Origin: Thiotrichaceae bacterium
GTDB taxonomy: Bacteria; Pseudomonadota; Gammaproteobacteria; SZUA-140
Length of the DNA: 64,000 nt
Assembly: GCA_002401765.2 (NCBI GenBank)
Contig: NVTY02000019.1
Coordinates: 47,845 to 111,844 of the forward strand
Direction: 5' to 3'
Shown here: positions 39,356 to 48,394 of the stretch, piece after piece
Layout: each line of letters opens with the position of its first letter
Position numbering within the stretch: the stretch's first letter is position 1
Notes under the pieces: model-generated
Database searches by the model: none
Told to the model about the DNA's origin: nothing
Seen by the model: the letters and a program-made list of their open reading frames with translations, nothing else
Program-made: the position numbers and the translations under genes

Positions 39356-39621
39356 AGAAGATATATCGCTTTAGCTTAACAGGGTTTTGGATGATTTTCG
39401 CCACTGCTTCCTTAGCTCTCTGGTGGTTGGTGAACCCTGATATGTATCCTACTTTTCCAGAACCATTTTGGGAGTGGTTAGGTCATATTTATGCTGTAAC
39501 TTGTTGTGAGGAACAAGCAAATTTAGAATTGTTGGTGCGTCTAAGTTTATCATTTTTTGTCGTTTCTTTATTAACGTTTATTGTTATATTTTTGTGGCGT
39601 ATAAAAAGCGCTAACAAATAG
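39352..39621 (+). CDS. Small two-TM membrane protein; candidate cognate immunity protein
   Basis: The ATG overlaps the upstream TGA (ATGA), which suggests translational coupling. 89 aa with two hydrophobic helices. No family recognised. Confidence 0.4.
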   Translation: MKKIYRFSLTGFWMIFATASLALWWLVNPDMYPTFPEPFWEWLGHIYAVTCCEEQANLELLVRLSLSFFVVSLLTFIVIFLWRIKSANK

Positions 39622-39725
39622 CGCCAGCGGAAATTTATGGCGTGGTTTGGTTTGCGTATTCGCTATCGCTCAATTTTACGCAAACCAAACCATGCTGTAA
39701 ATTTTCGCTGAGCAAAGCGTTAGGC
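39609..39725 (+). mobile_element. Integron attC-type recombination site (~117 bp imperfect palindrome)
   Basis: R'' CGCTAAC (39609-15), L'' GCGCCAG, 36/35 nt imperfectly complementary arms (39621-56 versus 39679-713), L' GCTGAGC, and R' GTTAGGC (39719-25, canonical GTTRRRY). It overlaps the last codons of the upstream ORF, as attC sites often do. Confidence 0.55.
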
Positions 39726-39747
39726 AACAAAATTATCAATAATTTTT

Positions 39748-40098
39748 ATGTTAAAAAATAAATTTATTCGCGTCGTATTTGTAATCGCATTTAGTTTTTC
39801 AAGCAATGTGTATTCTCATTCTGGTGGCACAAATTCGGATGGTTGCCATAATGACAATATTAACGGCGGTTACCATTGTCATCATTCTGACAGTACTGAT
39901 TCAGGTGGTGAAGGAGATATATTAGCGGGGGTATTAATTGCCGGCTTAATATATTGGTATATCGTCAGTAATAAGCCAGAAATATCTAGCATTTCTAAAC
40001 AAGATTCAAACAATGTTAGTAAGTTCAAGCTATCGATTATTCCTAAGTCAAATGAAAGAAACGAAGCTGTTTTACTTAATGTAAGTTATGCGTTTTAA
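39748..40098 (+). CDS. Secreted/anchored YHYH-motif protein
   Basis: Signal peptide, then HSGGTNSDGCHNDNINGGYHCHH (a YHYH-domain-like metal-binding motif), a TM segment and a short tail. Bounded by the two attC-like sites. Confidence 0.5.
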   Translation: MLKNKFIRVVFVIAFSFSSNVYSHSGGTNSDGCHNDNINGGYHCHHSDSTDSGGEGDILAGVLIAGLIYWYIVSNKPEISSISKQDSNNVSKFKLSIIPKSNERNEAVLLNVSYAF

Positions 40099-40100
40099 AT

Positions 40101-40197
40101 GCCCAACAAAGGCAGTAGCGCCGGACAAGCCTCACGCCGCTGCGGCCTGCCGCTCACTGCAGACGTGAGGCTCTCCAAAATGCCCCATCGCTGTTGC
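40101..40197 (+). repeat. Second, degenerate attC-like palindromic element
   Basis: Starts with the inverse-core GCCCAAC three nt after the stop codon. Contains the stem AGCCTCACG ... CGTGAGGCT and ends in GTTGCAA, which violates GTTRRRY at one position. No similarity to the first site. Confidence 0.3.
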
Positions 40198-40375
40198 AAT
40201 AAACAGTTGAAAAATAGTTTGATATTTTCTTAAAAAAGCGTTTGATGGGCATTGAGTTAAAACATAAAGAGAGGAGTATGTTTCAACATTGAAATGCTGA
40301 TTTAATTAAGCGCTGCCCCTGAGTGCAGAAACACCTAGAGGCAGCTAACCACAACCGATACAAGAGATATCAATT

Positions 40376-40612
40376 ATGGCTAAACGCAATGATAAGCGAG
40401 AGACCCGCTCGACTAAAGAAAAATCGATCAAAAAAGCACAAAAACATCCTTACTACCGCTAACTCAAGGTTCGGTCGAGCCTATATTACTACCATTTCGG
40501 CGATTTTCAGCCCCGAGGCCGCTATCGTCCAGTCATCCCTGTTCCCTGGATCAATATCAAAGGTTATTGGCTCAATGAGGCTGGCTTCACCATTTCCTGC
40601 ATCAGCGCATAA
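40376..40612 (+). pseudogene. SymE-family (type I toxin, AbrB-fold) remnant with an in-frame stop and a truncated C-terminus
   Basis: The frame reads MAKRNDKRETRSTKEKSIKKAQKHPYYR*LKVRSSLYYYHFGDFQPRGRYRPVIPVPWINIKGYWLNEAGFTISCISA*. The core IP...I.G.WL.EAGF matches SymE. The TAA at 40460-62 interrupts it, and the usual C-terminal beta-strands are missing. Confidence 0.4.
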
Positions 40613-40789
40613 ATAAACATGCAACTCAATTGAATAGCCTTCAGATAAGCAATATCACTTACGTGAACTACGCGCTGGGAGCGAGGTGAAAAGAGCATGG
40701 TTTGAAGCACTCACAGACAATGATCTCAATCCCATCCATGAAGCCATCTAGGCTATACTGACCCTAGTCAATATATAGATGGACAACCG

Positions 40790-42118
40790 ATGAAACAGAT
40801 CGACACGCTTATTCATGCCCGCTGGGTTATTCCAGTCGAGCCCGCTAATGTCGTGCTTGAAGACCATAGTCTGGCGATGGATGATGGTCGTATTGTTGCT
40901 ATCCTGCCCAGTGTTGAGGCACGGCAGCAATACCGAGGAAAGAATGAACTGACACTTGTCGATCAGGCGTTGATCCCGGGGTTGGTCAACACCCATACTC
41001 ATGCCGCGATGTCACTTTTTCGCGGGCTGGCGGATGATATGCCGTTGATGGAGTGGCTTAACGATCACATTTGGCCGGCGGAGGGGAAGTGGGCCAATGG
41101 TGATTTTGTCCATGATGGCACTCGTCTTGCGATTGCAGAAATGGTTCGTGGTGGCACCACCTGCTTTAGTGATATGTATTTTTTCCCCGGTGAGGTTGCC
41201 CATGTCGCCAGCCAGAGTGGCATGCGTGCTGCGGTTGGTTTGATCATGATCGATTTTCCCACTGCATGGGCGAGTGGCCCCGACGAGTACCTTTCTAAGG
41301 GGCTTAAGGTGCATGACGATTACCGCCATGATCCATTAATTTCGGTCACCTTTGCCCCTCACGCACCCTATACGGTCTCTGATGAACCACTCAAAAGATT
41401 ACAGATGTATGCGGAGGAACTTGATGTGCCGCTGCATATTCATCTGCATGAGACGGCGCATGAGGTCGACGATGCCGTGCAGCAGAACGGTCAACGCCCG
41501 CTTGAGCGGCTCGAAGCCCTTGGCCTACTAACGCCACACCTGGTCGCGGTACATATGACGCAGCTAACGGATGGTGAGATTGAATCAATCGCCACCGCTG
41601 GGGCGCATGTGGTGCACTGTCCAGAATCAAACCTTAAGCTCGCCAGTGGCTTCTGTCCGCTCCATAAACTGCACCAGGCAGGTGTCAATGTGGCGCTGGG
41701 CACGGATGGCGCCGCCAGCAACAATGACCTCGATATGTTTGGTGAGATGCGTACCGCCGCGCTACTTGCCAAGGCGGTGGGGCAGGATGCCAGTGCCATT
41801 CCTGCTGCGACTGCCCTGCAAATGGCGACGCTTAACGGCGCGCGCGCACTGGGGTTGGATAAAGAGATTGGTTCGCTCATCGTCGGTAAGGCTGCCGATA
41901 TAGTGGCGATTGACCTCAGTGAACTGGAGTCGCAACCACTTTACCATCCCATTTCTCAGATCGTTTACGCCACCAATCGTGATAAAGTAAGCCATGTCTG
42001 GGTCAATGGGCGCCACTTGTTAAAGGCGCGCGCTCTGACCACGCTGGATGAAAACCACATCCTCGAAAAAACACGCCAGTGGCGTCAAAAAATCGCTGAG
42101 AGCGATCAGCAGCAATAA
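40790..42118 (+). CDS. mtaD: 5-methylthioadenosine/S-adenosylhomocysteine deaminase (TRZ/ATZ amidohydrolase)
   Basis: Amidohydrolase metal motifs NTHTHAAM, HLHE, HCPESN and GTDGAASNN. Sits upstream of ubiG, as in Pseudomonas. Confidence 0.8.
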   Translation: MKQIDTLIHARWVIPVEPANVVLEDHSLAMDDGRIVAILPSVEARQQYRGKNELTLVDQALIPGLVNTHTHAAMSLFRGLADDMPLMEWLNDHIWPAEGKWANGDFVHDGTRLAIAEMVRGGTTCFSDMYFFPGEVAHVASQSGMRAAVGLIMIDFPTAWASGPDEYLSKGLKVHDDYRHDPLISVTFAPHAPYTVSDEPLKRLQMYAEELDVPLHIHLHETAHEVDDAVQQNGQRPLERLEALGLLTPHLVAVHMTQLTDGEIESIATAGAHVVHCPESNLKLASGFCPLHKLHQAGVNVALGTDGAASNNDLDMFGEMRTAALLAKAVGQDASAIPAATALQMATLNGARALGLDKEIGSLIVGKAADIVAIDLSELESQPLYHPISQIVYATNRDKVSHVWVNGRHLLKARALTTLDENHILEKTRQWRQKIAESDQQQ

Positions 42119-42151
42119 TAACCTGTTACCCTGAATTTAAAGAGAAAGAAG

Positions 42152-42889
42152 ATGCCGCAAGCAGACAATCGCGATAACAACCTAGACAGCAATGTAGACC
42201 GCAACGAGGTCGCTAAATTTGAGGCGATGGCAAGCCGCTGGTGGGATGTGAATGGCGAATGTAAACCGCTGCATGCGATCAATCCGTTGCGCTTGAATTA
42301 TATCGATGAAAAAGTCGCGGGAATTGCGGCTAAAAAAGTGATCGATGTCGGTTGTGGTGGCGGCATTCTCAGTGAGAGCATGGTGCAACGTGGCGCGAGC
42401 GTGAGCGGCATCGATATGTCGGCGCCGTCGATTGAAGTCGCAAAGCTGCACCTCTATGAATCAAACCTTGACGTTGATTACCAGCGATCCACCGCGGAGG
42501 CCTTTGCGGAACTGCATCCACACAGCTTTGACGTGGTCACCTGTATGGAATTGCTTGAACATGTGCCTGACCCTGCCTCCGTCATCCGTGCCTGTGCCAA
42601 GCTGGTTAAGCCTGGCGGGCATCTGTTTTTTTCAACCATCAACCGTAATCCAAAGGCCTATCTGTTTGCGATTGTAGGTGCTGAGTATCTGTTAAAGATG
42701 CTGCCGAAAGGGACGCATGACTTTGCTAAATTTATTCGTCCGTCAGAACTCAGTGCATGGGCCCGTGAAGCGGGGTTGTCGACACATGATATCAGCGGTC
42801 TTAGCTACAATCCACTCAGTAAACATTACGCTATCGGTAATGACATCGATGTTAATTACATGATGCACACGCAGCAAACTGCGCTTTGA
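42152..42889 (+). CDS. ubiG: Ubiquinone biosynthesis O-methyltransferase
   Basis: [14 protein letters not shown] start, SAM motif [13 protein letters not shown], and the [11 protein letters not shown] block. Confidence 0.9.
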   Translation: MPQADNRDNNLDSNVDRNEVAKFEAMASRWWDVNGECKPLHAINPLRLNYIDEKVAGIAAKKVIDVGCGGGILSESMVQRGASVSGIDMSAPSIEVAKLHLYESNLDVDYQRSTAEAFAELHPHSFDVVTCMELLEHVPDPASVIRACAKLVKPGGHLFFSTINRNPKAYLFAIVGAEYLLKMLPKGTHDFAKFIRPSELSAWAREAGLSTHDISGLSYNPLSKHYAIGNDIDVNYMMHTQQTAL

Positions 42890-42896
42890 GCCTCGT

Positions 42897-43571
42897 GTGA
42901 CATTTAAACACATCCTGTTCGACCTTGATGGTACATTGGCCGATACCGCGCAAGACCTTGTCTTTACCCTCAATACATTGCTGCAAAACGAGGGTCATCA
43001 ACCGTTGCCATTTGAGCAGCTGCGCCCAATGGTTACCCATGGGGCCAATGCACTGATCGAACTAGGGTTTGGCGAGCATGTGCCGGTAGCAAAATTTAAA
43101 CAGCTGACTGCTGAATTTCTCGAGATCTATCAAAACCACCTTAGCGATAAGACTGTCCTTTTCCCCGGCATGGCAGAACTGTTAGTTACCATAGAAGGGC
43201 AGGGGCAATTGTGGGGTGTCGTTACCAATAAACCGTCATGGCTGACTAATCCTTTAATGGAGGAACTAGGGTTAGCGCAGCGCGCTGCCTGTATTGTTAG
43301 CGGTGATACGGTCGAACATAAAAAACCACATCCACAACCGATGTTTCACGCCTGCGATGTGATGGGGGTCAGTGCTTCAGAGTGTATCTATGTGGGCGAT
43401 GCTCGACGTGATATCGAGGCGGGCCAGCGTGCGGGCATGAAAACCATCGCAGCGCTCTTCGGCTACATCAATGACGACGATGACCCCGCTACGTGGGGTG
43501 CCGATGGTTCGGTCGAACACGCCAGTGAAATCATCGCATGGCAAAAACGTTTTAATCAGGGTTCGCAATAA
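42897..43571 (+). CDS. HAD-superfamily phosphatase (phosphoglycolate phosphatase / MurNAc-6-P phosphatase MupP-like)
   Basis: DLDGTLADT motif I, VTNK motif II, and K...GDARRD motif III/IV. GTG start. Position after ubiG matches the Pseudomonas gph/mupP arrangement. Confidence 0.8.
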   Translation: MTFKHILFDLDGTLADTAQDLVFTLNTLLQNEGHQPLPFEQLRPMVTHGANALIELGFGEHVPVAKFKQLTAEFLEIYQNHLSDKTVLFPGMAELLVTIEGQGQLWGVVTNKPSWLTNPLMEELGLAQRAACIVSGDTVEHKKPHPQPMFHACDVMGVSASECIYVGDARRDIEAGQRAGMKTIAALFGYINDDDDPATWGADGSVEHASEIIAWQKRFNQGSQ

Positions 43572-43575
43572 AGAA

Positions 43576-44847
43576 ATGACCACCACCAGCTATATTATCA
43601 TTGCCATCACCACCGCTATTTCACTGCTAATGGGTGCACTACTAGCCCATCTGCGCGCACAAAAACAGATTTCCGAACTACAGCGTGAGAACAGTACGTT
43701 GACGACGACGCTAGCAATGCAACAAAGCAATGCGGCAGAAAAGATCGAGGCGCTTGAAAAAAATAGGGCGCAACTTAGCGATACCTTTAGCGCGCTATCA
43801 AGTGAAGCACTGAAAAGTAATAATGAGCAATTTCTTAAACTGGCACAGGAAAACCTCAAGCAGTTTAATGTACAGGCGCAGGGTGATCTGGCTAAAAAAG
43901 AGCAGTCGATAGAGCATTTGGTCAAACCGATTAAAGAGTTATTGGCGAAGACTGAAAAACAGATCCGAGAGATCGAACATGAACGTAAAGAGTCTTACGG
44001 TTCGATTACTAAGCATCTAGAAAGTATGGCGCAGACTCAGCAGATGTTGTATGGCGAAACTCGCAATCTGGTGAAGTCACTGCGTCGCCCTGAAGTTCGC
44101 GGGCAATGGGGGGAGATGACGCTCAAACGTTTAGTGGAACTTGCCGGTATGGTTGAATATTGCGATTTCTTTGAACAGGAATATACCGAAACAGACGACG
44201 GTAGCATTCGCCCCGATATGATTGTGCGTATGCCAGGGCGGCGTGAGATTGTGATTGATGTGAAGACTCCGCTTGATGCCTACCTCAATGCAATCGAAGC
44301 TGATAGTGATGAGCTGCGTGAACAACATCTACTTCATCATGCCAAAAAAGTACGTGAGCGTATCCGCGAGCTTGCCAGCAAGGCCTACTGGGGACAGTTC
44401 AAACAGAGCCCAGATTTCGTGGTGCTATTTATTCCTGGTGACCATTTTCTCAGTGCGGCACTCGAAAAAGATAGCGCATTGCTAGAAGATGCACTGAAAC
44501 AGAAGGTGATTCTCGCTACACCGACAAGTCTGGTTGCACTACTGCGTGCTGTTGCCTTTGGTTGGAATCAGCAGGCGATCACCGACAATGCCGAAAAGAT
44601 TCGAGACCTCGGTGAGGACCTCTATAAGCGACTCTGTACCTTTACCGGCCACATGAGCAAAGTCGGAAAAGGGCTTAACAGCAGCCTGGAGCACTACAAC
44701 AAAGCCGTGGGTTCATTTGAACGGCAGGTACTGAGTGGGGCGCGTAAATTTACCGAAATGGGCATCAGTAGCCATAAAGAACCTGAGGCGCTAGAACCCA
44801 TTGAAAAATTGGCGCGCACGCTGGAAGAACCGATTAATAAGCAATAA
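43576..44847 (+). CDS. rmuC: DNA recombination protein RmuC
   Basis: N-terminal TM, a long coiled coil, then the RmuC nuclease-like core (RGQWGEMTLKRLVE, RPDMIVRMPG, VIDVKTPL, FVVLFIPGD). Confidence 0.85.
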   Translation: MTTTSYIIIAITTAISLLMGALLAHLRAQKQISELQRENSTLTTTLAMQQSNAAEKIEALEKNRAQLSDTFSALSSEALKSNNEQFLKLAQENLKQFNVQAQGDLAKKEQSIEHLVKPIKELLAKTEKQIREIEHERKESYGSITKHLESMAQTQQMLYGETRNLVKSLRRPEVRGQWGEMTLKRLVELAGMVEYCDFFEQEYTETDDGSIRPDMIVRMPGRREIVIDVKTPLDAYLNAIEADSDELREQHLLHHAKKVRERIRELASKAYWGQFKQSPDFVVLFIPGDHFLSAALEKDSALLEDALKQKVILATPTSLVALLRAVAFGWNQQAITDNAEKIRDLGEDLYKRLCTFTGHMSKVGKGLNSSLEHYNKAVGSFERQVLSGARKFTEMGISSHKEPEALEPIEKLARTLEEPINKQ

Positions 44848-44856
44848 GATGACTTA

Positions 44857-45043
44857 CTAGGAGACTGTCGGGCTTAGGTGATCGGAGCGAGCGGAAACCA
44901 TTTTGTAGCCAAAGGGCACCGCAAAATCCATTTATTGGATCGTTTGAGGCGAATATTGGGCATATTCAACGAAAAGGATCGAAGAAATGGGTCGGAATGG
45001 TTTTTCCGCAGTAGATTCATCCTAAGCTCGACAGCCTCCTAGG
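44857..45043. mobile_element. MITE-like element, family A, copy 1
   Basis: Terminal inverted repeats CTAGGAGACTGTCGGGCTTAGG (44857-78) and CCTAAGCTCGACAGCCTCCTAGG (45021-43). The interior is largely self-complementary and about 80-90% identical by eye to the copy at 55253-55463. Begins 10 nt after the rmuC stop. Confidence 0.6.
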
Positions 45044-45128
45044 AGATCGCTCTCCTGTTGCCGGCTAAAGGCCGGGAGTGGACGATGGCGGTTGTTCAAC
45101 TACTCATTGCCTTCCAATTGAATGGGCT

Positions 45129-45506
45129 TCAGTAACCATCATAGGGCGGCATCGGGACTTCTAAGCCTATAAGGCTGGACTTCAGGCATACTGAAAAATC
45201 TGTTTTCTTATCTAAGTGAAATGCTTTAATGGTGCCGTCACTATTGATTTCAAATACTGCGGAAAATGGCTGTTTTTCTGATTTTTTGTGCTTATCTGAG
45301 CAATTATCAAAAATGCTTGGTTGGTGTTCAAAAAATGAACCATTCAATTGCGTCGCATAAAAAGTGCCAAATTCAGAGCTCATTTCTGTCTTTGCCTGCG
45401 CATAGAGTCTATCGAAGTCATTTGATGCACTTGCGTTAGAAATGGTAATACTGGCAATCAATAACGTCGCATAAAATGTGGCTAGCTTTGGCCTCGTAAT
45501 TTTCAT
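45129..45506 (-). CDS. Hypothetical small secreted protein
   Basis: 125 aa with a clear signal peptide (LLIASITISNASA). No recognisable family. Confidence 0.5.
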   Translation of the reverse strand: MKITRPKLATFYATLLIASITISNASASNDFDRLYAQAKTEMSSEFGTFYATQLNGSFFEHQPSIFDNCSDKHKKSEKQPFSAVFEINSDGTIKAFHLDKKTDFSVCLKSSLIGLEVPMPPYDGY

Positions 45507-45642
45507 TGTATAACCTCTTTGACGTTTTTTTAGTTAGCTCACCCTGATTCATAGCCTGCTAATGGCGCTGAGTATACCTTGCCACTATTTCTAAAGTGAC
45601 TCAATACCTATATCTGTGGTGATCAAGTTGTCACGATAAACA

Positions 45643-46062
45643 TTATCGCATCATGACGATGATGACTAATATACCGAGTAAAATAATATATGGGTATGCG
45701 ACAGTAGGGCGCAGGGCGTTACGCATATATTCTTTGATCAATCCAATGGAACCATGTCGGGTTGCCTCCCAGTCTGAATAGAATTGCATGGCCGAATTTT
45801 GGTCGTCGCGTTTGATCAGTTGCTCAAGCGCTAATAGCCGCTCGGTGGTGCGTGCTTGCACGGTACGCCAGATACCTTCTTGCAGCCACAGTACTAATAT
45901 GAATAGTATCGCGATCCATAGGTGGATTGTCAGTCCAATAGTGATAAGGCTGCTGAGAATAGCGACAAGCTTTATCAGCAGGCTATAGCGGTCATAGCGC
46001 TCGTAATCCTGATGTAGGGTTTGCCATTCTTGATTTAACGGGTTTAATGTCGATGTGTCCAT
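45643..46062 (-). CDS. Hypothetical membrane protein
   Basis: 139 aa with three predicted TM helices. No recognisable family. Confidence 0.5.
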   Translation of the reverse strand: MDTSTLNPLNQEWQTLHQDYERYDRYSLLIKLVAILSSLITIGLTIHLWIAILFILVLWLQEGIWRTVQARTTERLLALEQLIKRDDQNSAMQFYSDWEATRHGSIGLIKEYMRNALRPTVAYPYIILLGILVIIVMMR

Positions 46063-46089
46063 GCTTACTTTCCTGCTCGTGTAAAGGTC

Positions 46090-46995
46090 TCAAATTGTTT
46101 CAAGGTGATAGCTAACACTGAGCTGGTGTTTGCCACCTGCTGGGATGGCAATGAGATGGTTAGCCGCATTGGCACTTTCAACGCAGACCATATTCAGGTA
46201 GCCATCTCTTCCCATGTCGCCCATCTGGGTTGATTTTTCAATCCACGGATTCCACACCACGGTTGATTCACTGCCTGTTTTTCGAATGTGAATCCGGCGC
46301 AAAAGGCCGGGGTCGTGAATAGCGCAGTCGGCTTCGGTGTCGATGTAAATACGATCAACCTCGTTTGCGAAGGTAATATCACCTACTTGCTGCCTCGCCA
46401 GCATACCATCTACTTTATCGAGGTAACGACAGCCATTCAGACCATTAATACGGATGTTTCTCACATCGCTGACGGACAAGTAGGTGTGTAATGCTTCGCT
46501 GATGGTCATTGCACTCTGGCCTTTATTAAACGTTGTCAGCGTTATTGTGAGTGTTTTACCGATTGTGATTTGGCATTCTACAGAGGTCGGCTGTGGCCAG
46601 AACTTTGTTTCTATATTGGAGGAATCAAGCTGAAGCGTGATCTGTGTCTCCTCGCTGGAGAATCGGGTCGTGTTGATTACCTGCCACGGCATGGTACGTG
46701 CGAAGCCGTGAGCGGGGAAGTTGGCCTGGGTTTTATGGGCGCCAAACCATGGCCAGCAGATGGGTACACCGCCGCGGATAGACTTACCCGGTGCCTGTGT
46801 TGCATCGGGTGAGAGCCAGATAACGGGTCTTTCGCCCGTTGGCGTCCATTCCATCAGGTGCGCGCCCTGCAAGGCAATGGAAGCACTTGCATGGTTGTTA
46901 TTGATATGGGCAATCACTTGCCCGCTGTGAGTGGTATCAAAAGTGAGCTGGTTCTTGATTCCCCACTGCTTGTTTAAGTTTGTAATGGCTGTCAT
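46090..46995 (-). CDS. D-hexose-6-phosphate mutarotase (aldose 1-epimerase family, YeaD-like)
   Basis: IRGGVPICWPWFG, HGFAR, and the typical ALHTYL and VVWNPW blocks of the YeaD family. Confidence 0.8.
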   Translation of the reverse strand: MTAITNLNKQWGIKNQLTFDTTHSGQVIAHINNNHASASIALQGAHLMEWTPTGERPVIWLSPDATQAPGKSIRGGVPICWPWFGAHKTQANFPAHGFARTMPWQVINTTRFSSEETQITLQLDSSNIETKFWPQPTSVECQITIGKTLTITLTTFNKGQSAMTISEALHTYLSVSDVRNIRINGLNGCRYLDKVDGMLARQQVGDITFANEVDRIYIDTEADCAIHDPGLLRRIHIRKTGSESTVVWNPWIEKSTQMGDMGRDGYLNMVCVESANAANHLIAIPAGGKHQLSVSYHLETI

Positions 46996-47250
46996 TTGAG
47001 CACAGAGATCCAGTGATAACTGTCATGTATGTTACACCCTCAACGACTAACTGTAGTTGTACCAGGCGGTGAGTATGAATATGTATTATAGGATGATTGG
47101 GGGATTTGAACAGCTAAACAGCTGTCGTTTAGCTGCGACTATTAGCAGGTGTTATGATGACGTTCACCACTATCTGATACGAGTGTTTCAATTGCGGTGT
47201 TTTATATGATGTTGCGCTCGATCAAAAAAATAGTCGCTAAATTTTAATAG

Positions 47251-48369
<1,119 letters not shown>

Positions 48370-48394
48370 TCACCTCTACCTGGATTCGTTGTTT

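Noticed and set aside
40323-40616. 97 aa ORF from the supplied track inside the islet
   Set aside because: It has a GTG start with no SD, a basic low-complexity translation and no family resemblance. A different frame over the same DNA gives a recognisable SymE-like sequence, so this ORF is most likely an artefact of that pseudogene.
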